A DNA stretch of 64,000 bases, from positions 3,357 to 67,356 of IMG/VR virus record IMGVR_UViG_3300031951_000121, one strand, 5' to 3'. This DNA comes from a virus. Numbering within the stretch: position 1 is the first letter of the stretch; each line of letters starts with the position of its first letter. The notes below the pieces were generated by a model. It had not been told where the DNA came from. It saw only the letters and a program-made list of their open reading frames with translations, and did not search any database. A program made the translations under genes and the position numbers. Below, piece after piece: positions 30,801 through 38,472 of the stretch.

Positions 30801-32971
30801 AGGGATTCTTGTTTAGCCTGCTCTAAATCCCCTGTATCAACTAATTGCTTGATCTCTTGATATTTGGCAGAAAACCAATCTCGGATAGACTTCGTTTTGT
30901 CCTGAACTACTTTAATGTCTTTAAAATTCCTATCCCGTTTAATAACATTTTTTAAGTCCCTAGTAGCCGTCATGACAGGAACTGAATCTGATAGTTGTCC
31001 ATTTGACTGCGCCCTTTGATGGGGGAGAGTATCCCGAGGTAACCGAGCAGTAGGGAGGATCTGATCGCTTGCATCCAATGGAGATATGAGCTCTATGGGA
31101 TCAACGGGTATCAATTCCTTGGTAGCTTGAATAGTTGAGTGCATTTCTTCCAGCACATCCAGACTATCCTGTAACGCGCCGCCATCAAATATCGCTTCAT
31201 CTAAATTCTTGGTCACTTCCGCAATATCCTTGATGTTTCCTAGGATTATCTCAATGACCTTATCATTTTCAATATAGGCAGAAAAGCTATGCGAGGCAAT
31301 CCCCTCGATAGGAGTATTAGGCGACGATAACGCGACAGGTTTTAACGCGAGTTCCGCCAACCGTAGAGGGTCTTTTTCCCCAATATACGCAGAAAAGTTC
31401 GCGGGGGCAGTCTTCCCTATTAGCCCAGGAGTAGCAAGTGCAGTGCCTGAAACCCGCCCTAGCCCTGCTTGGTTCGCTAGTCTTGTCGCCTCCTCTGATA
31501 CGAATCCCCCTCCTGAATATCCAACAAACGAAATGTCAGCGTCAGGATTAATCTTTCTAGCCGCGATCGCATTGGCAAGCATCGTCACAGCGTCTTTGTT
31601 CTCGCCCGCTAACCCCTGTCCCGTAGGTTGTGCGATCGCCTCACCTGCCCACTGCAAAGGATTTTCCCCTACAGACACAGATAGGTCAGTCTCTTTATTC
31701 TCAACGGGAACAACAATAACCCCCTCTTGAGTAATTGCATCCCTGACAGCGTTGGCAATATCTTTAGAACCTTCTCCTCCTTTCCCTGCGAATCCTCCAG
31801 AAACAAAGATAATTTTTTTTGCTTTTTCTAAGTCTGGAGTGTTGAAACTAATTGATTCTGCCTTCGTCTTGGCTTCCTCAATCGACACTGGCGATCGCAG
31901 TTCTTTTCTGGCTTTAACCAAGGCATCCACAGGCAATGTGCCTACTTTGGCGTAGGACTCTATTACCTCTAGCATCTGAGACGCTGCTTCTTGCGCGCTA
32001 GAAGAGCTCCCCGTAGAATAAAACTCGTCAAGTGTTCTAGTAAGTCTTTCTAGGGACGCTGAAGCGTCTTGAGATGCTTGCTTAATATCGCTTATCCCTT
32101 GCTGTCCTGCGTTTGTTTGCAGATGAGTATTAATATTCTTTTGAGCAGTAGAAACGGCTTTCCCCGCCATCTTACCTTGAAATGCCCCGAATGTTTCCGT
32201 GGCATTCATTCCTGTTTCTTTGTCAAAACTACGGAATGAATTTCTAACCGAAATGTCTGCTAAGGAATAAGCAGTCCCCGCACTATAGTTTTTCAAAAAA
32301 GCCGCGGGTGCAGCGAATGCTTTCGCTAAAAACCCTTCTCTATTCTGCGCCGATTCTCTAATAGCTGTCAGAATTTGCGATAACAGTTCAATAGCCAGCA
32401 TAGAAGCAACTCCCCCTACTTGCTTGCTATTGTCAGAGCTACCCCTCTTATGCTGAGTGTTGATCGCTACTGAGTAATTGCCTGTTACTGAATCCAAATC
32501 TTGTTTTAGTTGAGTCAATCCTGATGAATCAATAGACGGAGCTATTCTATTAGCTAAAATTTTCTCTTTGGTTTTTGTATGATAGCTAACGACTTCATCA
32601 TATTGTATCTTTAGCTGATTTAGATTTTTTGTGTTAATCTCGGGGGCAATCGCATTATCTTGGAGCACGTCGCTGGCTTTATTATGCGCTTGAGTCGTGT
32701 TTTTTAGCTCTTGCCGCAAAACACCTAGGTTAGACACATTAACAGATGGAGTGATTGGAATATTGGCGGCTTTTCTCGTAGCGGCTAAATGGGCAATCTT
32801 AACATCAAGCAGCCTATTTAATTGATGTAAACCGCTCAAGTCAACAGAAGGCGACATGATCGAGTTGTTTACTGCGTCAATTTGCTTTTCTAGCTTTTTC
32901 AGCTTTTCCTCAAATTTAGAGGTAGAAATATCGACACTATAATAAACACTTCCGACTTCCATAATACCCAC
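24854..32971 (-). CDS. tape measure protein with alpha/beta-hydrolase and SleB-like cell-wall hydrolase domains
   Basis: QMGSKGVVSLEELRLQLGERLP tape domain; LGIKSPSRVF; GYSGG; LIIAEA..VARAVLNR..GQFEPV. Confidence 0.93.
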   Translation of the reverse strand: MGIMEVGSVYYSVDISTSKFEEKLKKLEKQIDAVNNSIMSPSVDLSGLHQLNRLLDVKIAHLAATRKAANIPITPSVNVSNLGVLRQELKNTTQAHNKASDVLQDNAIAPEINTKNLNQLKIQYDEVVSYHTKTKEKILANRIAPSIDSSGLTQLKQDLDSVTGNYSVAINTQHKRGSSDNSKQVGGVASMLAIELLSQILTAIRESAQNREGFLAKAFAAPAAFLKNYSAGTAYSLADISVRNSFRSFDKETGMNATETFGAFQGKMAGKAVSTAQKNINTHLQTNAGQQGISDIKQASQDASASLERLTRTLDEFYSTGSSSSAQEAASQMLEVIESYAKVGTLPVDALVKARKELRSPVSIEEAKTKAESISFNTPDLEKAKKIIFVSGGFAGKGGEGSKDIANAVRDAITQEGVIVVPVENKETDLSVSVGENPLQWAGEAIAQPTGQGLAGENKDAVTMLANAIAARKINPDADISFVGYSGGGFVSEEATRLANQAGLGRVSGTALATPGLIGKTAPANFSAYIGEKDPLRLAELALKPVALSSPNTPIEGIASHSFSAYIENDKVIEIILGNIKDIAEVTKNLDEAIFDGGALQDSLDVLEEMHSTIQATKELIPVDPIELISPLDASDQILPTARLPRDTLPHQRAQSNGQLSDSVPVMTATRDLKNVIKRDRNFKDIKVVQDKTKSIRDWFSAKYQEIKQLVDTGDLEQAKQESLKLIAAKNQAKTDLDELLKVLQSAGEPTSIASGGAGASIQSAKGFVTAQGGRAEGQLEKIKQLQAKPIASQLENAFNVKTDLGKKLVKKASLQIISGSNKQEIEKALQKLLTSIDPIAQNKGSLKGIGKDIIEGIKVGLLDEEGNLTDEMKAIAEALPSTVKDALGIKSPSRVFMEIGRNVGLGFVGGLTILYEGMNKAKDRVNDFVDSIENKGKDTVNNKINAQVSKLKDVVSNIGKLAVGAVLSATSVNIFQGLIEEGKKGLVLFKEVTKTLNTLKALSFPAPEDSLARIKTLADSLGTNALVLQKNFAGLQAAFNFTDLKGQTAQILEGFAVGGAALGLDEESFNGILFAVQQMGSKGVVSLEELRLQLGERLPTAISQSAQAMGISQAQFLKMVESGEVLASDLLPKLSKRMKDAFSIGAEQNKNTFVGQMSLLESNLEQISIGFGEFAANILNVVLPPLNQLTATIAKNGKAIPEIIAVIGSSVGALGLTILATSGIVQKAFSLMIAALTKFSVVSLAALSEAIATTGLFVVLGVSIYGAVKALEYFNSMGSKALKDLAKTTRVSVDFINSELARLKPPVFKVKIEQDKTLMEKFLDHYINTFNYRRQGDRRLNTDLISVEEMKTLKELEDKGKALNELMTEIRLKTQNLFDKKETQRYIGDISKLQQQLDDIKTTIRIINQTGNLSADDARVKDLNKKFNGNADAAIEFLNQNSQALSTRIEDVQFEFIPQGEDGLKQSIERAKEIRNELGRIGDSQGVQEVTNYINLLARSLAAAKKASEDLNKEVKSISTQFLRDTTQITNQDYALQVKRIQSQIQIAKSSLDALRNKEGEFKSAKQSMSSQQQILKQEELFYRERLNIRKRFISSFSNNTKRELESGLGSSLDSASTGDIDRAQETLKDANGQVPVQLQKGLDALRDILETQELINKNILDRINLEKESFLLEKQRKSDLRDFANQQRDYTFAAQDFYTAQQESQISLQRSRDALVQQRIDYALAIENFNRQAEREVRGFAEQYSDMITSLTTTFNQIKQQLKEVETENNRLTKKIAFDSQLERGSGSFVKDLSDFLNEQFSKLDDANLNTERLKLDQNQATQQLTQSMRELRNLQEAIADSQRSRAEQMRSLEQQRIGLMNATIDLQRQEEAARKDQIRSAIQLKDQFISLKQRAEELGVSLTKAANQAGNFSIPSGDRLPVPSNAAMPFSRGRGQLPPPPPLGRGGISGAKGSEMDLFKRLIIAEAKSEGLVGQALVARAVLNRQALIKSGKVTGGTYNARSGSLNDIIMGRGQFEPVSNGSINRRLTQSQLKQAEAAIALALNTEELAKAVGNNRKLLGATGFRTPSAFNDPSQNFSRTRYRGHVFNQDRFSQRLDVIGIFDKTIKAMPLAVSTAIARTTQAKPVAVSTPKTQTVKVKVQVETSGNKKFDDLLMRSGLADNWEGFTEIRDIPANSQSPSLSSSFPRVAASPASDLINKQFESQKQLNQAQLENSELKEKQALIEIENALADRIRDRAEYLRDTKESLQEQVRTARELVAVETQSLTKQDLIRQAGDEVGRQYQSQRRELERSLELIKRQTRDKSELIKEKEAEADLYVQRGLSAKLVNDLIKTELQAFRELEEQALDLKSALDALNATEQRARGFAERNRRRELNLQEAGDRSNSRADRLEAEAGISGDPFSAIANRNEAARLRIDSRFQEDTFDLDRKLADGLITPDTYSAIADDLERMRDIDLTNAFVEANPYAQELSNTLGQLFEDAFTGFKNVGEIAGNFFKSIGKMLLQMALQAAVFRIFGMFAGVGGGSVPSGGGGMGFTPNLGIAKLGGTVTKDGVRNYFMGGKVDGRSPQDIYALGISVADAMRREGVGATPIVAHRGEEVLTTRNGDAGFFRHLRSTGDWQKMKMNRARPNYSVANFFSGGTVGKSANQFVRRSGGDRSQPITNTTVFNITTPNPDGFRKSQKQIDRAEQLRRDRNSRKPD

Positions 32972-33015
32972 GGGGATAAAGAGCTATCCTTATTGTACTA
33001 TCTTTTTGGTTTTGT

Positions 33016-33303
33016 CTAACTTATGGACAGAATCGCGCCTATAATGGCATCCCGCGATCGCTTTTCTACCTGAGCTAAAACATTTATAGCTTCATCTATC
33101 GCGGATCGATAGCCATCAGATTGACTATTCACAGGAACTAACAATAAATAACCATCTTCAGGATCATCGTCCTGCAAGCAGTCTAAAAACATCCAAGTTT
33201 GACGATCTTGGGATATTTTCCCCGCGCGAAACCATCCTGTACTAGACAAATAGATAGAAACTTGTACGGGATGAATTTGATATACATTCTGCAACTGACT
33301 CAT
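33016..33303 (-). CDS. hypothetical protein inserted between chaperone and tape measure
   Basis: 95-aa ORF. Confidence 0.6.
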   Translation of the reverse strand: MSQLQNVYQIHPVQVSIYLSSTGWFRAGKISQDRQTWMFLDCLQDDDPEDGYLLLVPVNSQSDGYRSAIDEAINVLAQVEKRSRDAIIGAILSIS

Positions 33304-33318
33304 AAAAACGCGATCACG

Positions 33319-33792
33319 CTAGGGATTTTTCTTCATGGATTCTAAAATTTTGAATAGCTCCTCATTGTGAAGAAAGGCTTTTTCAACCAAGGGAGGTAAT
33401 TGCCTAGCGGTTCTCATCTCCCAGAAGGTATTTACTGCCAACTGACTAACCCCATGAGTGTCTACCTCACTATTATCCTCTAGAGGATAGGGGAGATATT
33501 TATCTAGGCTCAAATCAGGCTTGGAATCCCCGAAACTAGCCGCGATCGCTTCTATCAAAAGAGCCAATTTAGCGGTAGGAATATTAGCGATGTTGACGGA
33601 TTGCGATCGCCGTTTGTGTTGTTGATGCCATAATTCTAGGCAGTAAGTACAGGGGAGCAGGGAGAATTTCTGCCAGTCAGAGGGACTGTAAAGCCCCCAT
33701 GAGACAAAGTCATTAAAGACATCAAACCACTTAACTAAACCGTTTCTGATGGCTCTAGCTGTTTCTCTATATTTTGCTTGCCACGCTTTCCC
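33319..33792 (-). CDS. tail assembly chaperone, -1 frameshift extension (gpT-like)
   Basis: The -1 frame is open from GGGAAAG (33792-33786) into ORF 33567-33319. Confidence 0.85.
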   Translation of the reverse strand, partial: GKAWQAKYRETARAIRNGLVKWFDVFNDFVSWGLYSPSDWQKFSLLPCTYCLELWHQQHKRRSQSVNIANIPTAKLALLIEAIAASFGDSKPDLSLDKYLPYPLEDNSEVDTHGVSQLAVNTFWEMRTARQLPPLVEKAFLHNEELFKILESMKKNP

Positions 33793-34370
33793 TTAACCTC
33801 AACTTCAATCGTTGGTTCTTCCTCCGCGATCGCTCTCCAGTGACTCATCTCACCTTCGATATATTCCACAATCTGATCCGCAATAGAACGGGGCAGGGCG
33901 AGTGTCCATTCAATCCGCCAACTAGGAGTTAGACGCTCTTGGAGGATGGTTGTCATCCGTCTAGCAGGAAGGGATGATTCCCCCGCATCCTCGGCGAAGA
34001 AACCTACCATAAACTGTGAGATTTGCCCCTTTAATTCATCGGATAATTTGTCCCATTTTTGGGGGTCGGTTAATACCCCTGTGGCTAATTCCTCACTTAT
34101 TCCTAGCTCATCTCCAATCATCGCCGTTAGCTCTAATCTGCGAGAGTTGAGAAGGCGATCGCTTCTCATCCCCAAATCTTCTTTGATGGATAGATCATAG
34201 AGCTTGGGAAGTTTTATAACTGCGCGATCTTCGGGCATTAAAGCGATGAGGTTAGCCACCAAGGAATTTTGATGATTTCTTACCAAGAAGACTAAATCAT
34301 TCTCTTCTATCTGAATCTCAAAGCTGTCATCTACTGCGGCTTTAGCAAGAATATCTTCAAATTTATACAT
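33735..34370 (-). CDS. tail assembly chaperone (gpG-like)
   Basis: Between tube and tape measure; slippery site near its end. Confidence 0.85.
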   Translation of the reverse strand: MYKFEDILAKAAVDDSFEIQIEENDLVFLVRNHQNSLVANLIALMPEDRAVIKLPKLYDLSIKEDLGMRSDRLLNSRRLELTAMIGDELGISEELATGVLTDPQKWDKLSDELKGQISQFMVGFFAEDAGESSLPARRMTTILQERLTPSWRIEWTLALPRSIADQIVEYIEGEMSHWRAIAEEEPTIEVEVKGKRGKQNIEKQLEPSETV

Positions 34371-34620
34371 AGAGTTCTTTGATTTCTAGTGGGTTATCTT
34401 TCATGATACAGGTAATAGGCAAGGGAACTTTTATCACTTGAGATGGCAACTCAATAACTCCAATTCTATATCCGTCTCTCGTGACGAGCGATCGCGTGGG
34501 GGATTGAATACCAGGGGAAAAATAGGCGAGGTTAGAAAAAAGCTTTCCCCTGATAATCTGACAATCGAGCAAGAGAACCAAGGGAGCAGCGAAATCATCT
34601 GAGAGAACGTTAAAGCGCAT
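34363..34620 (-). CDS. small tail-region protein
   Basis: Translationally coupled to tube and chaperone. Confidence 0.65.
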   Translation of the reverse strand: MRFNVLSDDFAAPLVLLLDCQIIRGKLFSNLAYFSPGIQSPTRSLVTRDGYRIGVIELPSQVIKVPLPITCIMKDNPLEIKELYV

Positions 34621-35393
34621 TAAGTATTAGGCAAAATAACATAGTTTTCGGGAGCCCCTACACCGCTTAAAGTTGCGTTAACCATCGCTAAATCGTTAGC
34701 GGCGTGGGGCATGGAGAAGTTTTGAACATAGGCAACTCCCTGCTGCGCTCCTGGACCCGCGCCCTCGCTCAAGGTTGCCCCAGTGTCATCGGTAAAGGAG
34801 AGGAAAGGTGCGTATCTAGTCTGCCAGAAAACATTTCTTCTGCCAGTGCCAATCGTGCGGAAAATGTACAGGGTGGGATCTGTGGACACCATCCGACCAT
34901 TCAGGGGAATCGTATAATCGCGCTCTACAACAGCCTTAACCCGATAAAGCGACTCTCCCGCGTTCCGAGAACCCGCATCCGTTCCAGAAGTCTCAGGAAC
35001 ACCTCCATCAGCACGGAAAAGCACAGGAAGCATCCCATAGGTTTTGGCAGTATCTCCGTCAGCCAGTGCCTCAATGACGGGGAGAACCGGCACAGTAGTA
35101 GCGGATGAGGTAACCTCCGTAGTGGTGGCAATCACAACAGGATCTTTAGAACCGAACTTAAGCACATCGCCAGCATAAAGCGTAATATCTGCACTAGAAC
35201 TTACGGAAATACTGGTCGCATCAGCAGCAGCGATCGCCTCAGAACTGATAGTTACAGCAGTAGGGCGCGAAGTGCCAGGCAACAAGGTTTTGATCCAAAA
35301 TTCTAGCTGATCTCCCCTTACCTCTGTCCCGATAGGATTTCTCCCTAATTCGTATACTGGCAAGGTTGCATATTCAGCCAAAGTAATAGGCAT
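34620..35393 (-). CDS. major tail tube protein
   Basis: C-terminal QGVAYVQNFS..NATLSGVGAP; heads the tube-chaperone-TMP block. Confidence 0.8.
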   Translation of the reverse strand: MPITLAEYATLPVYELGRNPIGTEVRGDQLEFWIKTLLPGTSRPTAVTISSEAIAAADATSISVSSSADITLYAGDVLKFGSKDPVVIATTTEVTSSATTVPVLPVIEALADGDTAKTYGMLPVLFRADGGVPETSGTDAGSRNAGESLYRVKAVVERDYTIPLNGRMVSTDPTLYIFRTIGTGRRNVFWQTRYAPFLSFTDDTGATLSEGAGPGAQQGVAYVQNFSMPHAANDLAMVNATLSGVGAPENYVILPNT

Positions 35394-35541
35394 ACGTTTA
35401 CTCCGTTAATTTAATCCTTTTTCTCTTATTGTACTTATTTCTATACCATTTAAGTAAATATGTTCCCACTATGCATTTAGTACATTTGAGTTAAATCATC
35501 AAAAGTGATCGCGGGGATGGGAGCATCTAGGTAGAATAATA

Positions 35542-36237
35542 ATGTCTTTTCAATCAATAGAATATATGCGTTATATCCGTCAAAGCACAATGGATGAGGG
35601 GCTGTGGAATCATGTAGATTTTTATAATAAGTATCAATTGCCTACACGATTAGATGATACGGTTGTTATTGACGTGGGATGTCATATAGGTCAATTCGCT
35701 AATGCTTGCTTACGGCGGGGCTCTAAGTTTGTCTATGGCTACGAACCTCACCCCGAGAATATTGAGTTAGCAGTTAAAAATTTAGGAGAATATCGAGAAA
35801 AGATTTGTCTACAGCCTAAAGCAGTCTGGCGGTCTGATGTGGCAGTAGAAAGCCTAAAGCATACAGGATTCGATTACAACACGGGAAGCGGGGTAGTGTA
35901 TGACCCCGACGGGTTTCTCCCCGTTGAGGTTATCTCCCTACAAGACGCGATCGCATTGGCTCTTAAAACCTATCCTCAAGTAGATATTTTGAAAATATCC
36001 TGCAATGGCTCAGAGTATCCTACCCTGCTGACAACTTCCCTAGATGGGGTGATTAATGTCATCGGTGAGTACAAAATTTTTAAAGAAGTGCCTCCCCTCC
36101 TACAAGAGCTAGGGGAGCTTACTCCCGAGAGTCTCTGGGATTATTTCAAAGGTCAGGGATTTAATTTTGAGTACGAGCAGCTAGACGATGGGTGCAATCT
36201 AGATACTGCTCGTTTTATCGCCGTAAGAAATATGTAA
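35542..36237 (+). CDS. FkbM-family methyltransferase
   Basis: VIDVGCHIG, YEPHPEN, DILKISCNGSEY. Confidence 0.88.
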   Translation: MSFQSIEYMRYIRQSTMDEGLWNHVDFYNKYQLPTRLDDTVVIDVGCHIGQFANACLRRGSKFVYGYEPHPENIELAVKNLGEYREKICLQPKAVWRSDVAVESLKHTGFDYNTGSGVVYDPDGFLPVEVISLQDAIALALKTYPQVDILKISCNGSEYPTLLTTSLDGVINVIGEYKIFKEVPPLLQELGELTPESLWDYFKGQGFNFEYEQLDDGCNLDTARFIAVRNM

Positions 36238-36263
36238 TGCAGCGCGATCGCGTCTTTCGAGGC

Positions 36264-36338
36264 AGTTCCGTAAATACACGGATGTACATTTCTAGCAAAG
36301 AAGTTATTATAAAAGAGTAAACAAGCGAGGTAACAATC
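36264..36338 (+). promoter_or_regulatory. cassette promoter, copy 2
   Basis: TCCGTAAATACACGGA TGTACA-N16-TATTATAAAAGAGTAAACAAGCGAGG. Confidence 0.85.
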
Positions 36339-36527
36339 ATGCTACGCACTAACAACCTAACCCAACAAGACGCTCAAGCGATTTGTGACACCTGCTACGA
36401 GACAAGATTTGAACTCCCCGAAGGGATGTGGGAAGCGATCGCGGATGCCCAATCTCTAAAAGGGGAACAGTTTATAGAAGCCGTTGAAAATGCTTGTGCT
36501 GATTACGGATGGGGCTATACAGAATAA
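36339..36527 (+). CDS. small orphan protein, paralog of 56570-56779
   Basis: Shared RTNxLT..ETRF..YxWGYxE. Confidence 0.8.
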   Translation: MLRTNNLTQQDAQAICDTCYETRFELPEGMWEAIADAQSLKGEQFIEAVENACADYGWGYTE

Positions 36528-36582
36528 AAAATAATTAAATCATTATTAAGAGCGATCGCATATCAGGGCGATCGCTCTTCTT

Positions 36583-37431
36583 TTATAATCCGCAATGTCC
36601 CCCGCAGGTTTTGTCAAGCCCAAACCCATAAACCTCACCCAGTGGCAAGGATAGCTGGTCAATGACCGATGATAGTGGCTGTCCCGATGAATGAACAAAA
36701 CACGGATTATTAACCTGATTCCGGTTCGATAGATGCCTAATCTTATTATCTAACTCAACTGCCCTCAAAAACTCTTGAGGATCTTCCTGCTTCCGTCTCA
36801 TCCATTCACTAGGGCGTGTAAAGGGGCAAAAATAACACGCACTTTTGGGGATAGGATAACCAAGCTTGTAAGTGCCATATATTGAGCAATCCACCGCGTT
36901 CCAGTTAATAGCTAACAAAGGATATTGATTAACCAGCCACCTAACAGGACTGTTTGCCGTTCGGTTGCTCTCATCGGTACTAATGCCCAGCCAGAGATTA
37001 GCGGAGTCTGTGACCCTTTCTCCTTTTTTGTACCCAAGCAGTTCTCTGATTTTTTGATGGATCGGCTGCACTTTAAACTCATTAGTACATTGCCTTTTAA
37101 GCATTCCTACAGTCCCATCAATACCCTTCGTAAACCAAGGAACAGTGGTCACACCCCTTGCCTCGATAGCATCAATAGGTTTAAATTTTTCTCCTTGTTT
37201 TGCATTATTTACTATATGAAATTGATATCCTGCGTCAGTCAACTTTTTCCGCATTGTGTCAACGTGCTTGTACACCTTAGCAGGTTCAGCCCCAGTGTCG
37301 GCAAAAATAATATGGTTAGGAAGTGTTAGCCCAGCATCAGTGAATTTATCGGGCTGCTCTATTAAGAGCAGCCCGATAGCGGTTGACTGCCTTCCGCCCC
37401 CAAAGGAAAAAAAAGTCTTGTCGTCTAACAT
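36583..37431 (-). CDS. PAPS-reductase-like PP-loop protein
   Basis: SFGGGRQST, DTGAE, RQCT..K, KSACYFCPF, C-terminal CGGHC. Confidence 0.85.
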   Translation of the reverse strand: MLDDKTFFSFGGGRQSTAIGLLLIEQPDKFTDAGLTLPNHIIFADTGAEPAKVYKHVDTMRKKLTDAGYQFHIVNNAKQGEKFKPIDAIEARGVTTVPWFTKGIDGTVGMLKRQCTNEFKVQPIHQKIRELLGYKKGERVTDSANLWLGISTDESNRTANSPVRWLVNQYPLLAINWNAVDCSIYGTYKLGYPIPKSACYFCPFTRPSEWMRRKQEDPQEFLRAVELDNKIRHLSNRNQVNNPCFVHSSGQPLSSVIDQLSLPLGEVYGFGLDKTCGGHCGL

Positions 37432-37481
37432 GGTTGATTTACCTCCAATTCTGGCTTACGTACAATCCTGCATGATCTCGG

Positions 37482-37589
37482 TTATTTTGATGCGATCGCG
37501 GATAGGAGAACAATAATAAGCAAACCCCCAATAATAAGGATTGAAAATAATCCCAGCGCATTTAAGAATGAGATGGCAAATCTAATCAT
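37482..37589 (-). CDS. 35-aa membrane peptide
   Basis: MIRFAISFLNALGLFSILIIGGLLIIVLLSAIASK; ATGA overlap with the upstream gene. Confidence 0.6.
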   Translation of the reverse strand: MIRFAISFLNALGLFSILIIGGLLIIVLLSAIASK

Positions 37590-37879
37590 TTTTTCTTCTT
37601 GTGATGCCTGTTGAATACCGTGCCGACAAACAATAATAGGATTGTCCCGAGCATCCCTAACAAAACCGCTCCTGTTAGCATAGGGTACTTAGCCACATAG
37701 TAGCCGCCTAACAGACACCCTGAAAACTCAAGAGCTAGTTTTAAGTTTGTAACGATTAAGGCCCCTGCGAATACTCCAAGAGCAAGCGAGATAACGATCA
37801 TGAAAGGCAATTGCAGATGAAAAAGCCCTACACCAAGACAGACAAATAAAACAGGCAAAGGGTCTAGTTTCTTAATCAT
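37586..37879 (-). CDS. multi-TM membrane protein (holin candidate)
   Basis: 3-4 hydrophobic segments, basic tail HHKKKK; start ATG 37879 inferred from ATGA coupling. Confidence 0.65.
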   Translation of the reverse strand: MIKKLDPLPVLFVCLGVGLFHLQLPFMIVISLALGVFAGALIVTNLKLALEFSGCLLGGYYVAKYPMLTGAVLLGMLGTILLLFVGTVFNRHHKKKK

Positions 37880-38371
37880 TGATGCCGTCTCCCTTCCCAT
37901 ACATGATAAATATTGACACTCCCCAGCCTAAAGGCGTGGGGATTCTTGGGCTGAATCTTGCCTCTACTAGCAAAGCTAATTTTGGTCTTACAGTTTCATG
38001 CTAGTCCGACTACACCTTTTACAGCAAGCACTCTTATGGACTACTCCCCAAGCGTAAATTCGGGTATGCCCTACCCTATTTAATTTTTTTTCTCCCACCT
38101 ATGCCATATTTTGTGTTAGAGGGCAGTGAGGTATTGGGGCAATCCTTTTAGGATTGGTGACACTAGCCTTTTAGCAACGGTCAGTTCGCGTGCCACGACT
38201 ACACATCTGATTTTCCGCTTACCTCTCATCTTACTACAAAGCCGTGCTAAAAGCACGGGGTTTTTAACCCAATTTTTCGATAAATCCGAGGACGACAACA
38301 CTAGCGATCGCGCCAAAGACGATAGCCTGATAAGCGAACCATAAAACTACTTGCTTAATTAATAGAATCAT
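37876..38371 (-). pseudogene. 42-aa membrane peptide gene interrupted by the IS605-derived element
   Basis: Removing 37913-38279 gives MILLIKQVVLWFAYQAIVFGAIASVVVLGFIIYHVWEGRRHQ*. Confidence 0.75.
37913..38279 (-). mobile_element. non-autonomous IS200/IS605 element with a TnpB-type omegaRNA end
   Basis: Terminal hairpins CCGTGCTTTTAGCACGG and GAATCCCCACGCCTTTAGGCTGGGGAGTGTCAA; GGGCATACCCGAATTTACGCTTGGGGA resembles tnpB 3' ends; TTTAT 5' flank; no tnpA or tnpB. Confidence 0.85.
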
Positions 38372-38472
38372 CGATTAGTTTCACCACGTAAACGACAATA
38401 ACGACACATAAGAAAAGAAGAGATAGCCAATAGAACATAATAATAAGCCCCCGAAGGGGCGATCGCATTGCA

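Noticed and set aside
25121-31955. Plus-strand ORFs inside the tape measure gene and similar shadow ORFs elsewhere
   Set aside because: Antisense shadows of long genuine genes with no RBS or motifs
38116-38344. ORFs 38116-38316 (-) and 38126-38344 (+), also the 5' part of 60257-60559
   Set aside because: They run across insertion-element ends and have no tnpA, tnpB or iscB motifs; likely spurious
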